Source: Octopus sinensis (Eukaryota). Taken from it: DNA of 64,000 nucleotides. Location of the stretch: NCBI RefSeq assembly GCF_006345805.1, contig NC_043003.1, positions 65,658,001 to 65,722,000 on the forward strand, read 5' to 3'. Made by a program: the position numbers and the translations under genes. The notes under the pieces were generated by a model. It worked only from the letters and a program-made list of their open reading frames with translations, had not been told where the DNA came from and ran no database searches. Of this stretch, positions 39,600 to 52,877 are shown in pieces. Within the stretch, counting starts at the first letter, position 1, and every line of letters starts with the position of its first letter.

Positions 39600-40890
39600 G
39601 ATCGTGTTCAATGACTGGGGGCACATCGACCCCCAAATTTTCCCCTCAATTTTAGGCAATTTTCTTTATCAATTAGTACACATCTCACCTTAATTATTGA
39701 TTTCAGTCTTTTGTAGTTTTTCTATGCAGTGCTGCATTTTCCCCTTGTATGTCACTATGAATGCTAATTTGGGTGGGGGTAAGGTCTGCGGCTTTTGAAT
39801 GTCTGCAAGTGAAAGTGAAGGCGCTGGGTCGGTTTCTGGAGGGGAGGTACAGAGGGGTGGTGTCTGTTTTGCAAGGTGTTAATGGTGGAGAAATGTCCTC
39901 TGTAAATAGGCTATAAGAGATGAACGTGTAAGATGTTTGTTCTTTGTGTGTGAAGTTGTGAGTGTTTAATTTAGCGGGAATATCTTTTGTATCCCATTTA
40001 TTTTTCTGGTAGCTGGTTCTTCCTCGTTGCTGAACCCGGTTGATTTTGTCTCTAGATAGGTTTACTTTTTCCTTGGGGCTGTTTTCAGGTAGCATTGTTG
40101 TGGTCTCGGTTACTTTTTGCTTTTCTTTTATTTTGGGATGTCTTTTGTTGCGTTGGTAACTCTGTTGGTCGGTTTATTCTCCTGCGGTTTATCTGTTAGG
40201 TTGGTGCGTTTTCCAGAACTGACGCTAATTGGTTCTTCTGGATGTAGTGGTGTGCTAGAAGCATGGTGTACTTCATGTTGCGAAACTTAATGGCGCTTGA
40301 CCTTAAAGTGACCCTTATCCCCACACTTATAACACGTTGGGCTTCTGCCCGCTACTCTAATTGGATGGTGGCAGCCATAATGACTGCTACCAACCACTCT
40401 TATTTCTGGCGGGATGCTTCCGATCCTTATTCTTGCATGCCTTTCCATGTAGGTCGGCAGACGTATTAGGTCTGCTGACCTTAGCGTATTTGTGGAGTGC
40501 TTCAACATCACCTCCTCGGTGGCGAACCTCCACCTCCACCGTGCCGAATTTTCTTCCCCTGTTGATAAAAGTTGCCTCCTCCATTTCTCGTAGCAGACAA
40601 CTTTCAATGTCCTTCTCAGTCGCTATTTCGATTTTCTTCGATGTGGCCGCTTACATTCTGTTTACTATCGTCCTTCTTTTTTGTTCGACGCTTTCTTCCG
40701 GAAGTACCACCTCCAACGCCGTTCCCTCTTTCTTGATTAACTGCTGGCATGCATCCAGTGTCTTTGGTGTATCTGCAGCATCTTCACCTCCAACAAGGCA
40801 CTAACTTTCTCACCGGTTCCTGCGGCAGCCGCATAGTTTGGTTTGTTGTCTACCGCCATAATGAGATGGAGACCAATTTTCGCCCCTGAA
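39600..40890 (-). mobile_element. Tx1/L1-like ORF1 relic with a CCHC zinc knuckle
   Basis: MAVDNKPNYAAAAG start at 40859, RGRKFGTVEV, PTCYKCGDKGHFK; stops and frameshifts; no APE or RT domain seen. Confidence 0.6.
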
Positions 40891-41187
40891 CAGGGAAAAG
40901 AAAAACAAATAAAAACAGGCGCTCAAGCGAAACAGCAACAATATTCAGCAACAGTAACTGTATTCAGTAGAATACAGTGATAAGCATTAAGCCCTGAAAC
41001 AAAATCACGACTAATTCAGAGGTGATTTGAACAATGATGAAAATGTTAAATTATTGATGCATTTGGGCAAGTCTAAATCTGTATAAGTAGACTATTTTTA
41101 AAAAGATGATTAAAAGAGAATTCAAAACTGATACATCCAGTACAAATTCTCCAGGAACCTAAACATTGCTTACTTTTTACTTAACCT

Positions 41188-41282
<95 letters not shown>

Positions 41283-43170
41283 TACGGGAAGCTTTATGAA
41301 AATAGACAAAAGACGAAGGCAGGTTTACGGAAATAAACAAAAGACGAAGGCAGGTGGAATACAAACAAATAATTGTATTAGTATGGCGCTCAGGAAATAT
41401 AAATAAAACAAGTCCTTAACGTTTCGAGCCTACGCTCTTCAACAGAAAGATACACAGAGAAAAAACAAAGAAAGAAGGAGAGAAACAAAATATGTGTGCA
41501 GAAGCTAGCGAATCAACATGGCGATCTGATTTCGGCCAGAAGTCAAAGATCAAACATGAGACGCAAGAGCGAAATTAGGGGAGATAATAGGGTTGAATGA
41601 CCTCGCTCCAACATAAGAGTGTGTGTGTGTGTGTATGAGAAGAGTGTGTGTGTGTATGAGAGAGTATTAGTGCGTATGAGAGGTCTGGACGTGTGTATGT
41701 ATATATGATGTGATGTGTAAAGTCGTATGGTGTAGTGTAGAGAGAGGAGATGAGGGAAGAGGGGGAGGGGGAGAAAGAAAGGGGAGAAGAGGGGAGAAAG
41801 AAAGGGGAGAAGAGGGGAGAGAGGGAGAAAGAAAGGGGAGAAGAGGGGAAAGAGGGGAGGGGGGAGAAGAGAATGAAGGGAAGAGAAGAGGAGGGGAGAG
41901 GAGGGAGGGAGGATAGAGGGGGAGGGGGGAGAGAGAAAAGGGTAGTGAAGGAGCAGAGAGAAAGAGGGAAGGGAAGAGGGAAGAAGGAGGGAGGGGGAGA
42001 AAGAGGGAAGAAGGGAAGGGGAGTAGTAGGGGTGAAAGGATGAGGGACTGAAGAGAAGTAGGGGTCGGGGGGAGGTTAGATGAGGAGGGGAGGGGGGAGA
42101 GTTGAGACCAAATGGCGTATAAGCGAAGAAGAGAGAAGATTAATTCCTGTTCACGGCGCAAACGGGAATCCGGATGGCCTCTGTGTAAGGACAAACCGAT
42201 CACAGACAGGTGTTGCGAGGACTGAGTGGTGGATCGGAAATGGCGTGAGACCGGTGTGTCGTTCGCAAGGCGGATGTCACGAAGGTGTTCCGCGAACCGG
42301 TCAGCCAAGCGGCGTCCCGTTTGTCCGATGTACAGGGAATGGCAGAGAGAGCAAGAGACGCAATAGATAATATTGCTGGAGGTGCAGGTGAAGGAGTTGA
42401 TGATGCGATAGGGTCGATGATGGGTGCCAGTGAGGAGGGTTGTGTTGGAGAGGTAAAGGCAAGTGCGGCAACGTGGGCGGGAGCAGGGGAACGAGCCAGG
42501 TTGGGAGGTAGGGTCAGGGAAGGAGCTATGGACCAAAAGGTCTCGAAGGTTATGGGCTCGTTTGAAAGAGGGGAGGGGTCGGTTAGGGAAGAGGTGTGAA
42601 GTGGACGGGTCGGACAGGAGATGACGGAAAGCTCGAAGAATGGTGCGTTGGAGAGGTAGGTTCGTGGGGAGGTAAGTGAGGGGAAAAGGGAGGCGGGAGA
42701 CTACAGGGCGGGTTCGGGGAGAGAGAGCAGATACACGGTCCACGGAACGTGCTCTGGCAAGGGCGGTGTGGATAGTGGTGAGGGGGTATCCACGTAGGAT
42801 GAAGTGGTGAGCCATACGTTGAGACTGAGTCTCAAAGTCATGGTCGTCACTACAGAGCCTACGTAGACGGAGGAATTGGGAATAGGCAATGGAAAGCTTG
42901 GTGTGTTCTGGGTGGGAGGAAGAGAAGTTGAGGTATGAGTGTGAGTCTGTGTGTTTGTAGTGAACGGAGGTGGTAAGAGTGGAGTGAAGAATGCTAACCG
43001 AAATGTCGAGGAAGGAGACAGAGGTGTTGGAGATAGTGGAAGTGAAGTGGAGGGCTGGATGGAAAGATTGGACGAAAGAGAGGAAGGAATCTAGATGTTC
43101 ACGGGAGAGTGAGGTGGCACCGATAATGTCGTCACTGTTCAGGAGTGGGACCAGTGAAATTAGAGAATAT
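41283..43170 (-). mobile_element. 5'-truncated Penelope-like element: RT C-terminus, GIY-YIG, CT-rich spacer, pLTR with HHR (41414-41449)
   Basis: See the CDS entry; the 3' pLTR matches 31740-32050; both ends abut (TA)n. Confidence 0.9.
41667..43133 (-). CDS. PLE ORF fragment: RT palm end/thumb plus GIY-YIG endonuclease, with a low-complexity read-through tail
   Basis: Frame is open upstream of the track ATG: DDIIG..HPALHFT..FLDISV..YKHTDSHSYLNFSSSHP..YSQFLRLRRLCS; then CSRPRCRTC, NIIYCVSC..YIGQTGRRLADRFAEH, REQELIFSL. Confidence 0.85.
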   Translation of the reverse strand, partial: DDIIGATSLSREHLDSFLSFVQSFHPALHFTSTISNTSVSFLDISVSILHSTLTTSVHYKHTDSHSYLNFSSSHPEHTKLSIAYSQFLRLRRLCSDDHDFETQSQRMAHHFILRGYPLTTIHTALARARSVDRVSALSPRTRPVVSRLPFPLTYLPTNLPLQRTILRAFRHLLSDPSTSHLFPNRPLPSFKRAHNLRDLLVHSSFPDPTSQPGSFPCSRPRCRTCLYLSNTTLLTGTHHRPYRIINSFTCTSSNIIYCVSCSLCHSLYIGQTGRRLADRFAEHLRDIRLANDTPVSRHFRSTTQSSQHLSVIGLSLHRGHPDSRLRREQELIFSLLRLYAIWSQLSPLPSSSNLPPTPTSLQSLILSPLLLPFPSSLFLPLPPSSLFPSLFLSAPSLPFSLSPLPLYPPSLLSPPLLFPSFSSPPSPLSPLLPFLSPSLPSSPLSFSPLLPFLSPPPPLPSSPLSTLHHTTLHITSYIHTHVQTSHTH

Positions 43171-43173
43171 ATA

Positions 43174-43214
<41 letters not shown>

Positions 43215-44303
43215 TATGTATATATGTATATTTTTTGTGTGTGCATAATTGTTTGTGCCCCCCCCCTACACCACTTGACAACCATCCTTAGTCTGTTTAG
43301 GTCCCCATAACTTAGCGCTTCACCAAAAAAGGGCCATAGAATATGTACCAGAAATGTGCTGGGATCGATTCGTTCAACTAAATACTCTTCAAGATGGTGC
43401 CTCATCAAGGCTGCGGTCTAATAACTGAAGTGAGTAAAAAAAATGAAAAAAATGATAATTCGTTTCCGAAGTCTCGTTCGCCCAGATAAACTTTTGGTGG
43501 CGGCCTCATTCCTTGTTTGACTAATTAAAAAGAATTGATCCTACCAATAAGTAAAACTACATAATATTATCTGTCGAATAAGAAAGTCAGAATAGGGTAG
43601 CTCTACCTGTTGGATGCTGGTGTCAGATCTATAGTTTGAAAGCAAAAATGAATCTTAGATTATATAATATTCGAAAAAACACGTCATGTTCAGGCTGGAG
43701 ACTCTGTCGTCATAGGGATTTTGAGATAAACTGGTTTAGACCTTATATTAAGAAAAATGACATTACATTTCTGTTTAGCATGAGTTTATTTTTCAGTTCA
43801 TAAAGTTTGCCAATTAATCTAACAAATTATACAACACTCACAACTGTTCGCGTATTCAATCATGACGATTAAACAAGTTTAAGATCAAAGAAACATTATA
43901 CATAGTTTATTAATTTAAATTTATTTTCCTCAATCTAGAACGAATGAATTTAGATTTTAATCCCAAATGAATCGAACAGAAAAATATGAGAATTATAAAA
44001 CCGAATATTTTTATCACTTTCTATTTATCTAAGATTTGTCTCTGATCAGGGAAGGGTCGAATAGTTACGTTAGATGAGTTTACGTAATCAAATATTCAAG
44101 TGATAATTCTATGAAAAAATAGATAAATAAGCCCCTCCCAAAAAATCAAAAAGAAAATATAAACAATTCAACAATGGTTTTCAATTCGCATCCTTAATTT
44201 TTATAATTAAATTTGTGCTGCAATTTAATCACAGTTTATTCAAATATCTTCCTTTGAAGAGTTTAGTACATAACGCGCATCAATATAGCGCTAATATATA
44301 TAT

Positions 44304-44495
<192 letters not shown>

Positions 44496-44678
44496 ATATA
44501 TACATATATATATAGGTATATATATATATATATATAAATGTGTATATATACATATATATGTATATATGTAATATATATGTATATGTATATATATACATGT
44601 ATACATATATATATATTTATATATTTATATGTATATATACATTTATATGCATATGTAAATATCTGTGTAGGTATGTAA

Positions 44679-44761
<83 letters not shown>

Positions 44762-45011
44762 TGTGTGTGTATGTGTGTGTTTGTGCATAAGGTGAGAGTA
44801 ACCTTCTATGGTGGTGAATTTCGTATGAGCATTTCGTGTATGGACCTATGTCGTTGAGTATTAAATATATAAGAAAGTAATTAATTTAGATATATTACTT
44901 GTGGATACACCTTGTTCGCATTATAGCATCGACCTATTCATCACTCATCAGAAATCACTGAAGAACATAGATAATCGAAAATGCGCATACATATATATCA
45001 ACTCGTTTATA

Positions 45012-45262
45012 CACTACTCTCTCGCCATATCGCGGTTCACTTATCGCGTGTCACTTGTCGCGGTTCACATATCTCAGTTTATTATTTAAGCTTACGTCGA
45101 TTCCTCTGTGGTGCTGCTTTGCATTTATAATAAAATAAATATATACAAATTATAAAAATGAAAAATTAAGAATATACTGTACAATATTATTTTTACTTCG
45201 TGGATTTTCACCTATCGCGGGGGGCGAAGTTAGGAACGTAACACCCGCGATAGTCGAGGGAC
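45012..45262. mobile_element. pogo/Tigger-like MITE
   Basis: Imperfect TIRs CTCTCGCCATATCGCGG / CGCGATAGTCGAGGG; the right end is eroded. Confidence 0.55.
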
Positions 45263-45439
45263 AAAAATTTAGCATCGTTCAATGTATTTTCCTCATATGC
45301 GTACCCAAATGCATTTTTACACATACACACACACATGCATATACATACAAACATGTATCTATATACACACATGTATATATATATACACATACACACACGT
45401 GTATATTCATATATATATATATATATCTTCTATTGTTTA

Positions 45440-45653
45440 TCGTTTAACTACGGCCAGCTGGGGCACCACCTTGTAGAGAACCGTCGACCGTAACGGCCCA
45501 AATTTGCGATATAAGTTAAGCTGGCGCACACAAAACAAAAAACCGGTTTTATCTGGTGGTTGGAACAAGCGCAAAGAAATACACAAATATACATAGTGTA
45601 ACATATATGTGTGTTTATGCGTGTGCATGTATGTGCATGTATCTATGTCTCTT

Positions 45654-45704
<51 letters not shown>

Positions 45705-46000
45705 TTGTATATGTATATCTATGTATGGCTCTATCTATCCTTCTTTCTGTCTTTCCCCCTCTCTCTCTACGCACACATATATACATATATGCATGCATAC
45801 ATACATGTGTACGTATATATATATGTATATATATATATATACACGACGGGATTCCATGCAGTCTCTACCTATTTAGTTCACACAGAAGGTATTGACGAAT
45901 AAAAGGCTATAATAGATGACATTCACGCAAGGTAATGCACAGGGGACTGAACCAGAAAACATGCGGTTGCAATGCGAGTTTCTTACCCAGTCAGTCATGC
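45440..46000 (-). mobile_element. SINE family A, degenerate
   Basis: Head at about 45880-46000 and tail at about 45440-45580, around microsatellites. Confidence 0.65.
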
Positions 46001-46639
46001 CTAAAAAGCACACACACACATATACACACACATACACGCACACGCGCACAAACATGTATGTATGCATGTAAGTACACGCTTGCACATGTATTCAAATACA
46101 TGTAGACATATCAAAGATCGGTGTTTGTAACATATACTAAGCGAGATTAGCTATGTAATATCTACTCCAACAGTTTCAATTCCGAGATTTGGAATTGTAT
46201 CTAATTCATTCCTATTTAATTTACAGTTATTATTTTCAAATAAGTTTGAGTGAATTGGCAACAAAACAACTTATTTATCCAACTTCTAAACTACAAAAAC
46301 AAAACAAAAGAGATGCCTTAACGATAACAGCAATATAACAACATTAATATAAACTTAATATGATTTTTAAAATAAACAAATGATTATACAGATTGTTATT
46401 TTTTGCCTTTGTTTTTTTGTTTCTATCATTGCTCTCCTATTCCACTTTGTGGTTACAGGGCGAACTTTCATTTGTATCGTTAGCTATATCAAAATACAAA
46501 TACATACATATATGTATAAGTGTGTATGGATGTCTGCATGTATGTATATACTTGTACATATGTCTGTGTGTGAATGTGTATGTGTAAGTGTGCATAGATG
46601 CAGGCACGATATTTTATTGTTTGTATTAGTTTTGGCATG

Positions 46640-46683
<44 letters not shown>

Positions 46684-46930
46684 GCATCCAGTGATGCGCA
46701 CACATGCATATACACATATACATACAGGTTTGTGTGTACGCTTCTACTCTATTTTGCGAAGATTTTTCTTCCTAAAGGGATTAAAATTAATTGCATAGCG
46801 ATTGAACCTCCGCCATTTTTGAAATAAAATAAAACCAATACAAAACCGAACATATTCCGTGTTAGGCAATATCCTTATGTCATGCATACATAGAGGCATA
46901 CATGCATATATTATATATATATATACATGC

Positions 46931-46962
<32 letters not shown>

Positions 46963-47480
46963 TCATATATATACGTACATATATATTATATGATATGATA
47001 TGGTATGGTATATTTATTATATTATAGTTTTTCGTCTTAGCTTTTCATTTGGGTTTTCATTTAATCATTTAAAATAATATCAAAAGAATGAGGAATTGTT
47101 TATTTTTCATGATGGTTCTGCATTATTTTTGTTTCACTCTGCTTCATTTTCCAACGGTTTTATGGAATAGCTCGTCGTTTGATAATCAATTCTTATGGTA
47201 TAAAATTAATTGCATTCTCACAGATACATCCCCACATATCAACTCAATTATGGATATGTGATATATGATATATATGTGTGTGTGTATGTGTATGTGTGCG
47301 TCGTGCGTCTGTGTGCGTGTGTATATATGAACAAATATATATATAAACTAATGCACACTGGCATAGAGATGTTTGTGTATACATATGTATACATGCATAT
47401 ATATTATATAATATATATATGTATATATAGATAGATAGATAAATATATAGACAAATAGAGTCAGACAGACAGACAAACAG

Positions 47481-47519
<39 letters not shown>

Positions 47520-47872
47520 CATATATGGATGCAATTATATATATATCTAAGTATATATGTAAAATATATAGAAGGTATGTTTTCTTATGAATATATATAT
47601 CATGATCCTCATATATACATATATATATATATATATATAGATGTGCATGTGTGTGTGTGTTTGTGTATGTGTGTGTACAGAGAGAAAGAGACGGAGAAGG
47701 AGAAAGAGAGATATATAAAGAAAGACAGAGATACATAGATAGATATATAGCCTCTCGCTTTATATATATATAGAAATATATTTGCATGTATGGGTATATA
47801 AATGAATAAATATAAACATATACATACATGCATACATACATACATACATACATACATACATACATACATACA

Positions 47873-47908
<36 letters not shown>

Positions 47909-48797
47909 TATATGTGTGTGTGTGAAAGTATTTAATTGTGTCTGTACAACTTATAATACCACCCACAAGATTGTTATCAATTCATAAATGTAACGATTCA
48001 TGTTATAATCAAATGTTTTATTTCTCAGCAGCCATTATTTCGCCAATAAAAGCTTTTATACCTTATCACGAACATCACTATAGTAAAATATGTAAAATAA
48101 ATAAATAAATAAATAAATGAATAATAACAACAACAACAACAATAGTAACGATGATGATGATGTCGACGAAGGGGACGACGTCGATCATGATGATTATGAT
48201 GATGATGATGATGATAAAAATAATGATAGTAATAATAATGGTAATAACGGTGATTGTAACTACAGCGATGGTAACAACAATAATAATAATTATAACAATT
48301 ATAATACTAATATTTTCGTTTTTTAGTTACAAGAATTAGAAGACTCAAAATATAATGCAAGAATTATCAGTTGCAAGGTTTCGAAAACTTACAATTAAAT
48401 ACAATGTGAGTTGAAAAGGGTCCCACTAATTCGTTTGCCTTGGAGCAAAGGAGATATATGTAGATAACGAGAAATGAGAAGGGCGTAAGTTGTTATACAA
48501 TTTCGGTTTATAAATTATAAAAACGCAGAAAATTGATAAAAACAACATATTATTCACGTAATTATGATATGATATGATATAGTATAATATAATATAAAGC
48601 CCAGAGTAGTAGGAAACCGCTACTATATCTAAGCTTGGTGTTGCTGAATGTGTAGCCACATGCATTTAAGTGTGAATTCTAGCATTTACCGACTAGTTTT
48701 GTGTCCGGATAAACGAATGTTTATCAGGATAGCCATCAGCAATCAAGGCATTTAACAATGTGATTTATCATGAAAAATATGTCTTTGTGTCTTTCAG

Positions 48798-48877
48798 ATT
48801 CGCAAATTATCTTTCTTTGAAGCACAGTGAATTTCAAATCGTTCCTCTTCTCGATGTCGACGATGTCAGTAACCTAA
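48798..48877 (+). other. Candidate 80-nt coding exon (xFANYLSLKHSEFQIVPLLDVDDVSNL)
   Basis: gtctttgtgtctttcag acceptor, open frame, TAA|GTGAGA donor. Confidence 0.3.
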
Positions 48878-49280
48878 GTGAGAGAAGAATGATATTGTTT
48901 ATGAGGAAAGTGATACTCCGACATACATACAGGCATTAACATACATACAGATGTACAGACGCACACTGTATACTGTACATAGAAATACACATACATATCG
49001 ATATATTGACGGTCCAATACATAATGTTAAGATAGTTAGTTTTTAATGAACAGAATGTTTCCGTAACGAGAAATATGACCGCGAGATCATATTTCCGGAA
49101 CGCGAAATATGACCTGAACATAAACCATTTAAAAACTCAACTGAAAATGAGTTGCGTAATCTTTCTTTCTAAAAGCATATTCAAACGTGCTATCATATAT
49201 CTTTTATACAAACTTAGATACATACATATACGTACTTGCATGCATACATACATACATACATACATACATACATACATACA

Positions 49281-49312
<32 letters not shown>

Positions 49313-49313
<1 letters not shown>

Positions 49314-50500
49314 TTGGACCTCAGAACTCTCTGCATTCAAAAAAGCGTTTGCTGTGCAGTATTCATACCAACATTTGGGCTGGCTGATTGGACGCTTGAT
49401 GAGATCCGAGCCATTGATGTGCAAAACTGAAAAATACCTATAGGCACACATAATTTCCACATAAACAGTAATGTAGACCGCCTCTACCTCGATCCAAAAT
49501 GCCTTTGAATGTCTCATCATATCCCTTTGGCAGCATCTTTTAACCAGTGACCAAGTTTGCATACATGAGGCTCATAACATCATAAGACTTGGAAGGCAGC
49601 TCCTTGAGCAACACTCTTTGTCTGACAACCTAGAATGCATGCCCACAAATGTCGCACGACTCTACCGCAATGTATCATCATATGTAAGGATGAGCCTATA
49701 TAAGCAGAATACTATGCATGGATATGTTACTAGAAAACTCCGCGATAATAGTAACATTGATCACCAAAGCAGTTTATCATGGTCCAATAGCCGGAGGCGT
49801 TTGAAATTCAGGAACAGGAAATCTCAACCAAGTACCTGATGCACAAAGTGATAGAGATTCAGGAGTAAAGCAGTAAAATGTGACAACCTATGCAGACTTT
49901 GTGGAGTTCACACTGAAGATCACGCCCACATCATAAGCAGTTGTCCGAAAATGTCATCACGGTTTTATCTACCGATGAGATATGACGTTGTAGCTAAGAC
50001 ACTAATGTAATCCGTCGGAAGGATAATCACGAGGACTAAGAAATAAAAATCCACAGTATGGTAGAAGCCATAGCCACTAATAATAAAGAGGGATACTGTT
50101 GAAATGTCCCTGTGAAGACCTCAATAAAATGTAAACACAGCAGACCTGAAATAATGATTTTGAATAGAGAAGAGAAATTGTGCACAGTTGCGGAAATTAG
50201 TTGCCCAGCGTTTGTTGTCATAATACTGAAGATCAGTGGAAAAGAGAACACCTATGCTGAGCTATTGAGAAATCTGTAGTTACTCTATCGAAATTATAAG
50301 TTCAGATTTATACCTGTAATTATTGGGGCCCTGGGATACGTAACACAGTACCTAAATACTTATCTTGAGAATTTAGGCTTCTCAAAACTAGAAAGGAGAA
50401 AGCTAATTCGAAGACCACAGATCCAATCCATCACTGGAACTGTAAAAATCTGTGAAACTTTCCAGAAATTTATCATTTTTAATATATATGAGCATGTCTA
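49313..50500 (+). mobile_element. 5'-truncated R4/Dong-like LINE (zinc knuckle plus restriction-like endonuclease) within (CATA)n
   Basis: PTFGLADWTLDEIRAIDV, FHINSNVDRLY, CRLCGVHTEDHAHIISSC, HSRPEIM..EISC, FIPVIIGALG; several stops. Confidence 0.85.
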
Positions 50501-50649
50501 TATATTCAACTATATGCATGAGAATACATACATAAAACATACAAATCTGCACATACATACATACACACATACACACATACATACATACATACATACATAC
50601 ATACATACATACATACATACATACATACATACATACATACATACATACA

Positions 50650-50885
50650 AAACTACCCTGTTGTTGATGCTGGAATTCCAATGAAGGAGACTTGCATCTA
50701 TGTTAGAAACCGGTTCCTTCTCTATTGGCAAGAAATCTTGAAATAAAATAATAATACAAACATACATAGAAATAAAAATAATCCTGTTGATGTTGATATT
50801 GCAATGAGGGAGCCTTGGATCTAGATTGGAAACCGGTTCTTTCTCTATTGGCAAAAACATTTGGAATAAACTGCATAATAACATA
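50650..50885 (+). repeat. Two similar modules of about 110 bp, each followed by (CATA)n
   Basis: CAATGA.GGAG.CTTG.ATCTA..TT.GAAACCGGTTC.TTCTCTATTGGCAA at about 50680 and about 50803; probably retroelement 3' ends. Confidence 0.75.
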
Positions 50886-51225
50886 CATGCATACATACAT
50901 ACATACATACATACATACATACATACATACATACATACATACATAATACACATATACACACACAAACACACACACGTATATACATACACATGCACATTAA
51001 TTTTCAGTAAAATACTGCAGTAATGTGTCCAGTCATGATCGCTGCAGTTATCCAAATATATCTGGAACTTGGAACATTCAATACAGAATTTAAATCAACC
51101 ACAATAGTGAAACGTTCGTAGGAACAAATAATATAAACTTGCGTTTACCTTAATTTCTACAATACTTCTGTATATCATAACGAGTAATACAACTAATTTT
51201 TATTGGTTACTTAAACATTACACTG

Positions 51226-51342
51226 GTCACAGCCGTATCACGTTAACTGCAAGGTTTCTTTGTGATCACCGAAATTATGGAACATTGAACCTAGTTTCTA
51301 CTTAGATGGGTGACTGCTTGGGAAAGCTAGTTGCCATAAGCA
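51226..51342 (+). pseudogene. Decayed 5S rRNA copy
   Basis: Collinear with recalled metazoan 5S: GATCACCGAA, ACTTAGATGGGTGACTGCTTGGGAA (box C region); many substitutions; no oligo-T terminator. Confidence 0.8.
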
Positions 51343-52154
51343 TCTCACGCTTGCGAGAAAAACAGTCTCGTGGTTGGTGTGTGAAAATCACGATCCCGAG
51401 CTCGTCGTTTCAGTTACAAGACCGGTTGGTGCGGTCTAAAGCAAAGCACTTCACCTGAAGCTCTGCAATCACTTCGCCACCGGACGCATCGTATGCGGAC
51501 TCTTCTATCTTTACTATCTCTTTTCTGTCTATCTCTATCCCCCTCTTGTTCTTCATCCTTTCTGGTTTTCTCTCCCACCCTTCCCTATTCTTCTCCATTC
51601 CTCTTCATCGTTCCCTCTCTTTTAGTCCTCTTCCTCGGCTCTCTCGTCGCTGACACATGACGAAAGATAATCTACCTTTCTACCCACAAACTTCGCAAAG
51701 ACTAAACGTCCCCATTCTGTCTCCTTCATAAGCTCGTCTTCCTAAACGTTCAGAATAATTTTTCCATCGTCTTGGCTTAACAGCACTCACCGTTTGTTTT
51801 TACTGTTTTGTTCTCATTGTTCTGTATTTTACTGTTTTTACTTTTTATTGCTTTTACTGTTTTGTTCTCACTGTCCCGTACTTGTTACCACTTTACCCTC
51901 TGCAAAAAATCCCAAATTTTATTTAATTTGCTTTGCAGGAAGGGCTGTTTCAATGAAGTCGCGTCTTGTCCTTGCTTTCGGCACGTGGAGTAGTTGAAAC
52001 AGGGACAACTGAAGAAGGGGAATATTCTATGTGTTGTATGTCTCGTTTCTCTGTTTCTTTTTTTCGTTTCTATGTCTTTGTTTTAATGTTTTCGTTTCTC
52101 ATTATGGTCAACGTTGTTTCGATGTCCTGTACCCATATATGCATGTATATAGAC

Positions 52155-52191
<37 letters not shown>

Positions 52192-52295
52192 ATATATATA
52201 TGTAGGTATGTACATATACGTATGTATATATGCATATATCTATTATTTATATTATTATATGATCGAACGTGACGCATCCTTTTCCAGTAAGTTAT

Positions 52296-52326
<31 letters not shown>

Positions 52327-52345
52327 CAATGATACTATGTGTATA

Positions 52346-52379
<34 letters not shown>

Positions 52380-52877
52380 GTGAAATAGAAATATGAATAA
52401 TCTTATAGTAGATTAATCAAAAGTTTAACCTTAGTAGCAAAAAGTTTCGCCATGGGCTCTTAGGAGCATAGTTCGATTTGTTTTTGCTCCGCCTCTGTTC
52501 CGTTTTTGTTTTTCCAACGGATTTCCTTTTTTCTTCCTGAAGAGAAAGACACAATATGGTCCCATTATTCAATCGGATTTTGGTAATTTGTGCCTTTCGA
52601 AACACGTGTAGAATGAAATAAAACGATTTCTGTTCAATCTGCGTTCAGCTCCATTTCTTCAATTCACCAATAATATATATATATATATATACTAAGCAAT
52701 AAAGGGTTTAGCAACGAATTGCCTTACCACATACCGAATTTAGAAATAGCAGTCAAAGAGTTATAGCTATTTCTTCTACTAAAAAGGGAGATCTCAGTAA
52801 AAACAGCAATTGGAAGGCAGACACAAACAGATAAGAGAGAATGAATTGACGGCAATCTATCATACAATTTTAAGTTA

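Noticed and set aside
50670-50845. HHR-like look of the two modules (CAATGA...GAAACCGGTT)
   Set aside because: Both lack the essential CUG of the core (CCAAUGA, GCAAUGA), and stem I is unclear.
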